64,000 nt of DNA from Squalus acanthias (lineage: Eukaryota): NCBI GenBank assembly GCA_030390025.1, contig JASTWF010000109.1:124001-188000 (forward strand), written 5' to 3'. The position numbers and the translations under genes were made by a program. The first letter of the stretch is position 1. Every line of letters begins with the position of its first letter. Below, piece after piece: positions 49,260 through 62,800 of the stretch. The notes under the pieces are model-generated. The model was not told the origin of the DNA, searched no databases, and was given only the letters and a program-made list of their open reading frames with translations.

Positions 49260-49521
49260 GTCGCACAACACCAGGTTATAGTCCAACAGTTTTATTTGAA
49301 ATCACAAGCTTTCGGAGCTATCGATTGCTCCTTCCTCAGGTGAAGTAAATTAGATACAGAATTGCCAAATCATATATAGATAGAGAACAAAGCATACCTG
49401 AGGAAGGAGCAATCGATAGCTCCGAAAGCTTGTGATTTCAAATAAAACTGTTGGACTATAACCTGGTGTTGTGCGACCTCTCAATTTTGTCCACCCCAGT
49501 CCAACACCGGCATCTCCGCAG
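49260..49521. mobile_element. Mini Penelope insertion made of inverted terminal repeats
   Basis: Perfect 82-bp inverted repeats 49260-49341 / 49396-49477; flanking direct repeat CAGGGGAG(T). Confidence 0.88.
49302..49343 (-). ncRNA. Minimal type I hammerhead ribozyme motif (Penelope-associated); mirror copy on + at 49395-49434
   Basis: UCAC-CUGAGGA-A-GGAGC(AAUCGAUA)GCUCC-GAAA-GC-UU-GUGA: stem I, CUGANGA core, stem II, GAAA, palindromic AGCU stem III, NUH site. Confidence 0.75.
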
Positions 49522-50354
49522 CAGGGGAGTTGCCAGAGGACTGGAGGACAGCTAACTTAGTACCATTATTCAAGAAGAGTAGTGGGGATAAACCAGGGAA
49601 TTACAGGCCAGTGAGCCTAACATCAGTGGGAGGGAAATTATTGGAAACAATTCTGAGGGACTGAATTAGTCAACACTTGCGGAGGCAAGGACAATCAAGG
49701 ATATTCAGCATGGCTTTGTCAGGGCTAGACCAATTTGATTGAAATTTAAAGGGGGTGTGTAGGTGTGTGTTTGTGATACTTGCCTTCATTAGCCGAGGCA
49801 TAGAATATAAGTGCAGGGAGGTAATGATGGAGCTGTACAAAACGCTAGTTAGGCCACAGCTGGAATACTTTGTGCGGTTCTGGTCGCCAAATTGTAGGAA
49901 GGATGTCATTGTATTGGAGATTGTGCAGAGGAGATTCTCCAGGATGTTACCTGGGCTGGAGCGCTTCAGCTAGTAAGAGAGCCTGGACAGGCTGCGGTTG
50001 TTTTCCTTCGAGCAGAGAAGGCTGAGAGGGCAACTGATTGAGGTGTAAAAATTTGAGCGGCTTAGATAGGGTAGATAAAAAAGGAACTTTTCCCCTCAGT
50101 AGAGGGCTCAATAACCAGGGGGCATAGTTTAAAGGTAAGGGGCAGGAGGTTTATAGGGGAGTGAGGAAATTATTTTTCACCCAATGAGTGGTTTGAATCT
50201 GGAGCTCACTGCCTGAAAGTGTGGTAGAGGCAGGAAAACTCACTGCATTCAAGAAGCATTTTGATGAGCAGTTGAAATGCCATAGCATACAAGGCTACGG
50301 AACAAGTACTGGGAAATGGGATTGGAATAGACAGGGATTAATGGCCGGCGTGGA

Positions 50355-52020
50355 CACTGTCCCATCAATCACTCCCAGGGCAGGGACAGCACGGGTTAGA
50401 TACAGAGTAAATCTCTATGTAAAATTTTCCATCAAACACACCCAGGGCAGGTACAGCAAGCTTTGGAAAAAGAGTAAAGCTCCCTCGACACTGTCCCATT
50501 AAACAATCCTGTCCCATCAATAAATCCCAGGGCAGGGACAGCACTGTATAAATACAAAGTAATGCAGCCTCTAAATTGTCCCTTCAAAAACTGCCAGGGC
50601 AGGTACAGCAAAGGTGAGATACAGAGTAAAGCTCAATCTACACTGTCCCATCAACACTCCCAGCGCACATAAAGCAAGGGTTAGATACAGAGTGAATGTC
50701 ACTCTAAAATGTCCCATCAATCATTCCCAGGGCAAGGATAGCACGTGTTATATACATATTAAAGGTTCATTAAACTGTCCCAGCAATCACTCCCAGGGCA
50801 GGAACAGCATTGTTTAAAACCATAGTAATGTAACTTCTAAACTCTCCCATCAAACACTCTCAGGGCAGGTGGAGCAAAGGTTAAATACAGACTATATCTC
50901 CCTCTAAACTATCCCATCAAACACTCACATGGCAGGTAAAGCAAGGTTTAGATACAGTGTGAAGCTCCCTCTAATCTGCCATTCAATCACTCCCAGGGCA
51001 GGGACAGCATGTGTTAGATACAGAGTAAATGTGCCTCTAAATTGTCCAATCAATCACGCCTAGCGCAGGGAAAGCACGGGATAGAGACAGAGTAAAGTCC
51101 CTCTAAAATGTCCCATCAATATCTCCCAGGGCAGGGAGAGCACGGTTTAAATACATAGTAATGGTCCGTCTAAACTGTCCCATCAAACAAACCCAGGGCA
51201 TGTACAGCAAGGTTTAGATACAGAGTGAATGTCGCTCTAAACTATCCCATCATTCACTCCGAGGGCAGGAACAGCACGGGTTCGATACAGCGTAAAGCTC
51301 CCTCTAAACTGTCCCAACAATAACTCCCAAGGCAGGGACTACACGTGTTAGATACAGATTAAAGGTCCCTTGAACTGTCCCAGCAATCACTCCCAGGGCA
51401 TGTACAGCAAGGGTTAAATACATAGTAAAGGTCCATCTAAATGGTCCCATCAAATATTCCCAGGGCAGGAACAGCAAGTGTTAGATACAGAGTAAAGTTC
51501 CCAATAAACTGTCCCATCAATCACTCCCAAGGCAGAGAGAGCATGGTTTAAATACATAGCAATGGACATTCTAACCTATTACATCAAACAATCCCAGGGC
51601 AGCTACAGCAAATTTGAGATATAGAGTAAAGCTCCCTCTACTCTGTCCCATCAAACACTCCCAGGGCAGGTACAGCAAGGCTTAGATACAGAGTGAAGGT
51701 CCCTCTAAACTGCCCAATCAATCACTTCCAGGGCAGAGACAGCATGTGTCAGATAAAGAGTAAATGAAACTCTAAAATGTCCCATCAATCAGTACCAGGG
51801 CAGGGACAGCACGGGTTAGATACAGAGTAAAGCCCACTACACTGTTACATCCAACACTGCATTGGAATGTATATCATTTGTTCGCTAAATAATTAATCAA
51901 GCACTAGCATGGAAGGTACAGCACGGGTTAGTTAAAGAATAAATCTCCCTTTTCACAATCCAATCAAGCACTCCCAGAGCAGTTATAGCACGTGTTAGAT
52001 ACAGAGGAAAGATCCCTCCA
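50355..52020. repeat. 67-bp satellite array
   Basis: Diverged units. Confidence 0.92.
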
Positions 52021-52689
52021 AAGACAATGACCCATTCTTTAGAGGCAAGACAGGAGGTGGGAAAGGAGAGAGAGGAAGGGAGTGAGCGGAATAAGTGTAT
52101 TTTCACAAACACATTTGCCATGTGGCTATGTACGGTGACTGGAGGGAATATTTCCCCATTCGGTCCCTGGATATCATATTTACTTTATTTTCCTTTAACT
52201 TAGAGAAATGTCCCAACAATCAATATTTGCTAGAATCCGTTGGGACATTTGCATTTCGCTCTCTCTATTTCTGTGCTGTGTTGGTGGGGAAACATTTATT
52301 GTTTTCTGTCGCTCAGTGCTCTAATCTGCGACTTCTATTTCTGTGTGTATTTACATAAACGCCTCAATGGTTTCCATGAAGTGAACATGGCAGCAAAACC
52401 AAGTCAACAAAGTCAGTTATTATTTCGTTTCAACTCACAACAAGGGTTTATTTTAAGAATATTGACAGTTGGTACAGAATGAATAGAAATATCTAGAACA
52501 TTGCAATCGGTTACATTTTTTTGTTCAATTAGAACAGATGTGAGTTATATGAAAGGGAAAAATATTAAAATTAAAAATTCAGTGCTGAAAATTCTGCTGA
52601 AAAAATCAATGGGACATCTCTGAACAGGCTGGTATTTCACTGGATGTCCATTTAGCGGAAGCTTCAAGCAATTTAAACTAAACAATTTA

Positions 52690-53820
52690 AGATTGTGACC
52701 AGAGGAGTTGGGGGTAATATAGTGACAAGGATAGAGGATAGGCTGATGGACAGAAACAGAGAGTAGGGATAAACGGGTCTGTTTCAAGTTGGCAGGCTGT
52801 AACTAGTGGGGTGCCGCAAGGATCAGTGCTGGGGCCTCAGCTATTTACAATCTCTAGTCATGTCCTAGATGAAGGGGCCGAGTTTCGTGTATCCAAGTTT
52901 GCTGACGATACAAAGCTAGGTGGGACAGTAAGCTGTGGGGAGAACACAAATAGTCTGCAAATAGATATAGATAGATTAATTGAGTGGGCAGTAATGTGTC
53001 AGATGAAGTATAATGTAGGGAAATGTCAGTTTATTCACCTTGGTAGGTAGAATAACAAAAAAATATTTTTAAAGTGGTGTCAAACTTTGGAATGTTGATT
53101 TCAAGAGAGATTTATGTGTCCCCGTGCAAGAAACACAGAAAGCTAGCATGCAGGTACAGCAGACAATAAGGAAGGCAAATGACATGATGGCCTTTATTGC
53201 AAGGAGGTTGGAGTATCAGAGTAAGGAAGCCATCCCACAATTGTACCGGGCCTTGGTGAGACCACACCTGGAGTACTGAGTACAGATTTGGTTTCCTTAT
53301 CTAAGCAAGGATATACTTGCATTCGAGGCGTTGTAACTAAAGTTCACCAAATTGATTCCTGGGATGAGTAGGCTGTCCTATGATGAGAGATTTTGTAGAA
53401 TGGGCCTATACTCTCTGGAGTTTAGAAGAATGAGAGTTGATCTCATTGAAACATACAAGATACTGAAGGGGAATGTTCGGGTAAATGCTGAGAGGTTGCT
53501 TTCCCCAGCTGGAGCGTCTAGAACTGGAGTTCATAGTGTCAGGATAAGTGGTAGGCCAATTAAGACTTAGATGAGCAGCAATCTCTTCACTCAGAGGGTT
53601 GTGAATCTTTGGAATTCTCTGCTGTAGATGTGGATGCTCAGTCGTTGAATATATCCAAGGTAGAGATCGATCGATTTTTGGACGCTAAGGGAATGATGGG
53701 AAATGGAGATCGGGGAAGAAAGTGGAGTGGAGGTCGATGATCAGCCAGGATCTTATTGAAAGGCGGAGCAGGCTCGAGGCGTTTTCTGTTCGACTTCTGT
53801 TTGTATTTCTTCTGTTCTGA
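52690..53820 (+). mobile_element. CR1-type LINE 3' part (RT)
   Basis: VPQGSVLGPQLF, KFADDTKLGG motifs. Confidence 0.88.
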
Positions 53821-53829
53821 TGTTCTCTT

Positions 53830-54530
53830 CATCCTCCCATCAATCAATCCCAAGGCAGGTAGAGCACGGGTTAAATACAGAGTAAAGCCCCCTCTACACT
53901 GGCCCATCAAACACTACCAACCCAGGGACAACACGGACCAGATAGAGATTAAAACTTTCTTTATACTGTCCAGTCAAACATTCCCATGGCAGTTACAACA
54001 CGGGTTAGATACTGGTTAAAACTACATTTACACTGACCAATCGAACACTCCCAGGGCAGGTACAGCAAGGGTTGAATCAGAGAAAGGCTCCCTTTACACT
54101 GTCCCATCGAACACTACCAAGGCAGGTACAGCACGGGTTGGATGCAGAGTATAGATCCCTCTACTCTGTCCCAGCTAATCCTCCAAGGACAGATACAGCA
54201 CGGGTTAGAAACAGAGTAAAGCTTCCTCTGCACTGTGCCATCAAACACTCCCCGTGCAGTTACAGCACGGGTTAGATACAAAGTAAAGGTCCCTCTAAAT
54301 TGGCCCATTAATCACACCCAGGGCAGGGACAGCACGGATATTATATACAGAGTTAATCTCCCTCTATTCTTTCCCATCAAATGCTCCCAGGGCAGGTACA
54401 GCGCGTGTTAGATACAGAGTAAAGATCCCTCTATACTGTCCCGTCAATCAACCCCAGGGCAGGTAAAGCAAGGGTTAGACAAAAAGTAAAGCTCCCTCTA
54501 CACTGTCCCATCCAACACTCCCAGATCATT
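53830..54530. repeat. 67-bp satellite array
   Basis: Diverged units. Confidence 0.9.
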
Positions 54531-55324
54531 GAATTCGAAAGACACATTTTACTGTAAAGCTCCCTCTGTGCACTCACAACGATTTGGTTCCAGGTCTAGA
54601 TTATGTCTGAGGGAAATATTTTCTAAGACGCTTGCCGTCTTGTTGTGGGGTGAAGACAATGACACATTCTTTAGAGTCAAGACAGAAGGTGGAAATAGGA
54701 AAGAGAGGCAGAGAGGGAGAGCATACAGGGCATGTTTGACAAACATATTTGCTGTGTTGCTATATAAGGTGACTATCGGGAAACTTTTTTCCCATTCTGT
54801 CCGTGGATATCATTTTTACTTTATTTTACTTTAACCTTGAGAAATGTCCCAACAATCAATAGTTGCTGGAATCCGTTGGGACATTTGCATGTCGCTCTCA
54901 CTATTTCTGGGCTGTGTTGGTGGGGAAACATTTATTGTGTTTCTGTCGCTCAATGCTCTAATTTGGGACATCTATTTCTGTGTTTATTTACATAAACGCC
55001 TCACTGGTTTCCATGAAGTGAACATGGCAGCAAAACCAGGTCAACAAAGTCACTGATTGATTCGTTTCAACTCACAGCAAGGGTTTATTTTTAAGAATAT
55101 TGATTTGGTGCAGAATGAATAGAAATATTTCGAAGATTGCCATCGGTAACAGTTCTGTTCAATCAGAACAGATGTGATTTATATCAAAGGGGAAATATTA
55201 AAATTAAAAATTCAGTGCTAAAAATTCTGCTGATAAAATCAATCGGACATCTCTGAACAGGCTGGTATTTCACTGGATGTCCATAAGCGGAAGCTTCATG
55301 CCATTTAAACTAAACAATTTAAGA

Positions 55325-56078
55325 TAGTGACCAGAGGATTTGGGGTAATATAGTAACATGGATTGAGGATAGGTTAACGGACTAAAACAGAGAGCAGGGA
55401 TAAACTGGTCTGTTTCAGGTTGGCAGGCTGTAACTTGTGGTGTGCCGCAAGGTTCAGTGCTGGGGCCTCAGCTATTTACAATCTATATTAATGACCTAGA
55501 TGAAGGGACAGAGTGTAAAGTATCCAATTTTGCTGTCGATACAAAGCTAGGTGGGACAGTAAGTTGTGAGGAGAACACAAATAATCTGCAAAGTGATATA
55601 GATAGACTGAGTAAGTGGGCAGTAAATTGGCAGATGGAGTATAATGTAGGGAAATGCGAGCTTATTCACATTGTTAGGTAGAATAGAAAAACAGAATATT
55701 TTTAAATTTGTGAGGAACTTTTAAATGTGGATGTACAGAGAGATGTGGGTGTCCCCGTGTAAGAAACACAGCAAGCTAGCATGCAGGTACAGCAAGCAAT
55801 AAGGAAGGCAAACGTCATTTTGGCCTTTAATGCAAGGAGTTTGGAGTATCAGAGTAAGAAGGTCTTGCTACAATTGTACAGGGCATTGGTGAGACCACAC
55901 CTGGAGTACTGTGCACTGCTTTGGTTTCCTTATCTAAGGAAGGATATATTTGCCTTCGAGGCGGTGCAAGGAAGGGTCACTGGATTAATTCCTGGGAAGA
56001 GAGGGCTGTACTTTGATGAGAGATTGTGTAGAATGGGCCTATATTCTCTGGAATTTCGAAGAATGAGAGGTGATCTCA
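55325..56078 (+). mobile_element. CR1-type LINE RT fragment (duplicate of the 52.7 kb copy)
   Basis: VPQGSVLGPQLFTIYINDLD, RPHLEYC; same 5' junction as the 52690 copy. Confidence 0.88.
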
Positions 56079-56815
56079 TGGCCTGCTCTTCTACATACTT
56101 TATGGAAGCAGGGTTGGTCCCCTGGCTTGGTGTTAATGGTAGAGTGAGGGATATGCCTGGCCATGAGGTTACAGTATGTGGTGGAATAAAATTCTGCTGC
56201 TTCTGATGGCCCACAGCTCCACATGGATGTCCAGTTTTGAGCTGCTAGATGTGTCCTGAAACTATCCCAATTAGAACAGTGGTAGTGCCACACAACACGA
56301 TGGAGGGTGTCCTCAGTGTGAAGACGGGACATCGTCTCCGCAATGAATTTGCCGTGGTCACTTCTACTTACACTGTCATGGACAGATGCATCTGCGACAG
56401 GTAAATTGGTGAGGACGAGTTCAAGTAAGTTTTTCCCTCGTGTTGGTTCTCTCACCACCTGTCGCAGGCTCAGACAGGCAGTTATGTCATTCAGGACTCG
56501 GCCAGCTCGGTCACTAGTGGTGCTACTGAGCCACTCTTGGTGATGGACATTGAAGTCCCACACACAGGTTACATTCTGAGCCCTTGCTACTCTCAGTGAT
56601 TCTTCCAAGTGGTGTTCAACATGGATAGTTATTGATTCATCAGCTGAGGGAGGGCGGTAGGTGGTAATCAGCAGGAGGTTTGTTTGCCAATGTTTGACCA
56701 GAAGCCATGAGACTTCATGGGGCCCGTTGTAAATTTTGTGGAATCCCAGGGCCACTCCTTCCCGACTGTATAAAACAGTGCCACCATTCCTGGTGGGTCT
56801 GCCCTGCCGCTGGGA
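56079..56815 (-). mobile_element. APE endonuclease fragment of a different non-LTR retrotransposon family
   Basis: YRPPS, DFNVHH..W, PTRGKNLL.LVLTN, SDH motifs. Confidence 0.85.
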
Positions 56816-56869
56816 CATGACAGAAAAAGACATGGTGCTGGAGGAGATGTGATATCATTGATGGAACAG

Positions 56870-59800
56870 CAGAATTCCCTCTAACTGCTCCATCAAACTC
56901 TCCCAGGGAAATTACAGCCCACGTTAGCAACAGGGTAAATCTCCCTCTACACTGACCGTTTAACACTCCCAGTGCAATGTACAGTAGAGATTAGATAAAG
57001 AGTAAAGATCAATCTAAACTATCCCATCAAACACTAAAAGGGAATTGACAGCACGGGTTATATACAAAGTAAAGATCCCTCCAAAATGGCACATCAATCA
57101 ATCCCAGAACAGGTACAGCGTGGTTTAGGTCAGGAGTAGAATTCCCAGTACAATGTACAGTACAGATTAGATAAAGAGTAAAACTAAATCTAAACTTCCC
57201 CGTCAACACTCCCAGGGCAGCTACAGCTCGTGTTAGATACAGACTAAAGATCCATCTAAACTGACCTACCATTCACACCCAGGGCAGGAACAGCACGGGT
57301 TAGATACAGTGCAAAGCAGCACTCTACAGTCTACAGCAAGGGTTAGATACAGAGGAAAGCTTCCTGTTCACGTCCCCATCAATAACTCCCAGGGCAGGTG
57401 CAGCACGGGGTAGACTCGGAGTAAAGCTCCCTCTAAACTGACCCATCAATCACTGGCAGGGCAGGGATAGCACAAGTTAAATACATAGGAAAGCTCGCTC
57501 TAAACTGTCCTATTAAGCGACCCCAGGCCAAGTACAGCACAGGTTAGATACAGAGTGACAGTCGCGCTACACTTTTCCATCAAAAACGACCAGGGTAGGT
57601 ACAGCAAGGGATGAATAAATAGGAAACATTAAAGCTCACTCTGCACTGTCTCATCAAACACTCACAGGGCAGTTACAGAAAGTGTTAGATATAGAGTAAA
57701 TGTCCCTAACACTGTCCCAGCAGTCAGTCCCAGGGCAGGTACAGCACGTGTTAGATACAGAGTAAAGATCCATCTAAACTGACCAATCAATCACTCCCAG
57801 GGCAGGGACAGCATGGTTTAGATACAGAGTAAAGGTCACTCTAAAATGTCCAATCAATCACACCCAGGGCAGGGAAAACACTGGTTAAATAAATAATAAA
57901 GGTCCCATTAACTGTCCGATATATCAATCCCAAAGTAGGGACAGCATGGTTTAAGTACACAGTAATGGTCCCTCTAAACACTGCCAGGGTAGGTAGAGCA
58001 AAGGTTAGATACAGAGTAAATCTCCCTCTACACTGTCCCAACAAACCCTCACAGGGCAGTTACAGCAAGCGTTAGATACAGATTAAATCTCAAACTACAC
58101 TGTCACATCAAACACTCCCAGGGCAGGTACATCAAGGGTTTGAGACAGAGTAAAGTTACAACTAAACTGTCCCACAAATCACTGCAATGGCAAAAATAGC
58201 ATGGGTTAAATACATAGTAAAGTTGCCTCTAAACTGTCCCATCAAACGCTCCCAAGTCAGGTACAGCACGTGTTGGATAAAGAGTAAAGCTCACTCTAAA
58301 CTGTCCCATCAAACACTCCCAGGGCAGGTACAGCAAGTGTTAGAGACAGCGTAAAGCTCCCTCTAAACTGACCCATCAAACATTCCCAGGGCAGGTACAG
58401 CAAGTGTTAGATACAGAATTAAGGTCCCTTAAAAATGTCCCATCAGTCGCTTCCAGGGCATGGATAGCACAGGTTAAATACACAATCAGGTTCCCTCTAA
58501 ACTTTCCGATCAGTCAATCGCAACGTAGGGACAGTATGGTTTAAAAAGACAGGAATGGTCCCTCTAAACAATCCTAGGGTAGGTGGTGCAAAGTTTAGAT
58601 ATAGAGTAAATCTCCCTCTACACTTTCCCAACAAACAATCCCAGGGCATGTACAGCAAGCGTTACATAAATAGTAACTCTCACTCAACACTGTCCCATCA
58701 AATACTCCCAGGGAAGGTACAGCATGGGTTAGATACAGAGTAAACTTACATCTAAACTGTCCCAACAATCAAGGCTTTGGCAGGGATAGCATGCGTTAAA
58801 TACATTGTAAAGTTCACTCTAAACTGTCCCTCAAACACTCCCAGGGCAGGTACAGCAAGTGTTAGATACAGCGTAAAGATCCCACTAAACTGTCCCATTA
58901 AACACTCCCAGGGGAGGTACAGGCGGTGTTAGATACAGAGATAAGGTCCCTCAAAACTGTCCCATCAATCGCTTCCAGGGCATGGATAGCACAGGTTAAA
59001 TACACTGTAAGGATCCCTCTAAACTGTCCCATCAATCGCTCCCAGGGCAGGGAAAGCAAGGGTTTGATGCAGCGTAAATCTCGTTCTTCACTTTCCCATC
59101 AAAAACTCCCAGGGCAGGTACAGCAAAGATTAGATACAGAGTGAATGTCCCTCTAAGCTGACCCTTCAATCACTCCCAGGGCAGGGACAGCAAGTGTTAG
59201 AAACAGAGAAAAGTTCCCTTTAAACAGTCCCATCAATCACTACCAGGGCAGCAATGGCACGTGTAAGATACAGAGTAAATTTCCCTCTAAACTGTCCCAA
59301 CGAACACTCACTGGGCAGGTGCAGCACGTGTGAGAAACAGAGTAAATGTCACTCTAAACTATCCCATCAATCACTCCCAGGGCCGGGACATCACGGGTTT
59401 GATACACCGCAAATCACCCCCTACACTTTCCGATCAATCTTTCTCAGGGCAGGAACAGCAAAGATTAGATACAGAGTAAAGCAACATCTACATTGTTAAA
59501 TCAAGCACTCCTACGGCAGGTACAGCAAACGTTATATACGGATTGAAGGTCCCTCAAAACAGTCCCATCAATCACTACCAGGGCAGCAATGGTACGTGTA
59601 AGATACAGAGTAAATATCCCTCTAAACTGTCCCAGCAATCACTGCAAGGGCAGGGAGAGCACTGGTTAAATACAGAGTAAAGCTCCCTTTAACTGTCCCA
59701 TCAATCACTCCCAAGGAAGGTACAGTAAGTGTTAGATACAGAGCAAAGGTCCCTCTACACTGTCTCATCAAACACTCCCAGGGCAGGTACAGCAAAGGTT

Positions 59801-62800
59801 AGAATCAGAGTAAAGGTACTTCCTGTCTGTCCCATCAATCACTCCCAGGGCAGGGACAGCACGTGTTAGAGACAGAATAAAGGCCCCTCTAAACGGTCCC
59901 ATCAATCACTCCGAGAGCAGGGACAGCAAAGCTTAGATATAGAGTAAAGCTCGTTATAAACTCTCACATCAACCAGTCCCAGGGCAGGTGCAGCACGTGT
60001 TAGATTCAGAATAAAGTTCCCTCTAAAGTGTCGCAGCAATCATTCCCAGCGCAGCGACAGACCTGTAAAAATACAGAGTAAAGGTGCCTCTGAACTGATG
60101 CTGGGCAGGATTAGCATGGGAAAGATACAGAGTAAAACTCCCTCTGCACATTCCCATCAAAATCTCCCAGGGCAGGGACAGCACGTTTTAGATACAGAGT
60201 TAAGCTCCCTCTACACTGTCCCATCGAACACTCACAGGCCAGCTGCAGCACGTGTTGGAAACTGAGTAAATGTCCCTCTAAACTATCCCATCAATCACTC
60301 CCAGGTCCGAGACAGCACGGGTTTGATACACCGCAAATCACCCCCTACACTTTCACATCAATCTTTCACAGGGCAGGTACAGCAAAGATTGGATACAGAG
60401 TAATGCACCATCTACATTGTTAAATCAAACACTCCTAGGGCAGGTACAGCAAACGTTAGATATAGACTAAAGCTCGCTCAACACTTTCACAACAAACACT
60501 CCTAGGGCAGGTACAGCAAGGATCAGATACAGAGTGAATGTCTCTCGAAACTGTCCCATCAAACACTCCCAGGGCATGTACAGTGAAGGTAAGATATAGA
60601 CTAAAGCTCGCTCAACACTGTCACATCAAACATTCCAAGTGCAGGTACAGCAAGGATCAGATACAGAGTGAATGTCCCTCTAAATTGTCCAAACAATCAC
60701 TCCCAAGGCAGGGACAGCAAGCGTTAGATAGAGGGAAAAGAATACTCTAAACTGTCCCATCAATCACTCCCAGGGCAGGAATGGCACGTGTAAGATACAG
60801 AGTAAATACCCTCTAAACTTTCGCAACAGACAATCCCAGGGCAGGGACAGCAGTTGTTAGATATAAAGTAAAGGTTCCTTAAACTGTCCCAGCAGTCATT
60901 CCCAGGGCAGGTACAGCACGTGTTAGATACAGAGTAAAGATCCATCTAAACTGACACGTCTATCAATCCCAGGGCAGGGACGGCACGGGTTAGATAGAGT
61001 GTAAAGCATCCCTCTAAACTGTCCCATCAATCACTCCCAGGGCAGCGACAGCATGGTTTAAATAGACAGTAATGGTCGCTCTAAATTGTTCCATCAACCA
61101 CTTCAGTATAGGTAGAGGAAAGGTTAGATAACGAGTAAAGCTCCCTCTACACTGTCCCAACAAACACTCCAAGGGCAGGTACAGCAAACGTTAGATAAAG
61201 AATAAAGCTCCCTCGACACTGTACCATCAAACACTCCCAGGGCAGGTACAGCATGGGTTAGATAGAGATTAAAGTTACATCTAAACTGTCCCATCAATCA
61301 CTGCCATGGGAGGGATAGCATGGGTTAAATACACAATAATTGTCCCCCTAAACTGTTCCATCAAACACTCTCAGGTCAGGTACAGCACATGTTGGTTAAA
61401 GAGTAAAGCTCAGTCTAAACTGTCCCATCAATCAATCCCAGGGCAGGTACATCAGCTGTTAGATACAGAGTAAATCTCCCTCTAAACTATCCCATCAAAC
61501 ACTCCCAGGGCAGGTACAGCAATTGTTAGATACAGAGTAAATCGCCCTCTAAACTATCCCATCAAACACTCCCAGGGCAGGTAAAGCAATTGTTAGATAC
61601 AGAGAAAAACTCCCTCTAAACTATCCCATCAAACACTCCAAGGACAGGTACAGTAAGTGTTAGATACAGAGTAAAAGTGCTTCTAAACAGTCCTATCAAT
61701 CAATCCCAGGGCAGGGACAGCATGGTTTAAATACACAGTAATTGTCTCGCTAAACTGTTCCATCAAACACTCCCAGGCTATGTACAGCAAATGTTAGATA
61801 CAGAGTAAATCTCCCTCTGCGCAGTCCCAACAAACACTCCCAGGGCAGGTACAGCATGGGTTAGATACAGAGTAAAGGTACATCTAAACTGTCCCATCCA
61901 TCACTGCCATGGGAGGGATAGCATGGGTTAAATACACAATAATTGTCCCCCTAAACTGTTCCATCAAACACTCTCAGGTCAGGTACAGCACATGTTGGTT
62001 AAAGAGTAAAGCTCACTTTAAACTGTCCCATCAATCAATCTCAGGGCAGGTACAGCAATTGTTAGATACATAGTAAATCTCCCTCTAAACTATCCCATCA
62101 AACACTCCCAGGGCAGGTACAGCAAGTGTTAGATACAGAGTAAAGGTGCTTCTATACAGTCCTATCAATCAATCCCAGGGCAGGGAGAGCATGGTTTAAA
62201 TACACAGTAATTGTCTCGCTAAACTGTTCCATCAAACACTCCCAGGGCATGTACAGCAAATGTTAGATACAAAGTAAATCTCCCTCTGCGCAGTCCCAAC
62301 AAACACTCCCAGGGCAGGTACATCAATGGTTAGATACAGAGTAAAGATCCCTCTAAACTTTCCCATCAAACACCCCAAGGGCAGGAACTGCAAGTGTTAG
62401 ATAAAGAGTAAATCTCCCTCTACACTTTCCTGTCAATCACTCCCAGGACAGGAACAGCACCATTTAGATACAGTGTAAAGGTCCCTCAAAACTGTCCCGT
62501 CAATCACTCCCAGGGCAGGAACAGCACCATTTAGATACAGAGTAAAGCTTCCTCTACACTGTCCCGTCAATCACTCCCAGGGCAGGAACAGCACCATTTA
62601 GATACAGTGTAAAGGTCCCTCAAAACTGTCCCATCAATCACTTCCAGGTCATTGATAGCACAGGTTAAATACACAGAAAATTTCGCTCTAAACTGTGCCA
62701 TCAAACACTCCCAGGGCAGGTACAGCAAGTTTTAGACACAGAGTAAAGCTCCCTCTAAACTATCCCATCAAACACACCCAGGGCAGGGACTGCACGTGTT

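Larger units (their letters stand above)
48241..50352 (+). mobile_element. CR1-type LINE ORF2, internally deleted, same subfamily as the 6.5-9.5 kb copy
   Basis: GDFNFPNINW, KIKENPKVFYKYIKGKR, RPQLEY motifs; interrupted by a Penelope insertion. Confidence 0.9.
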
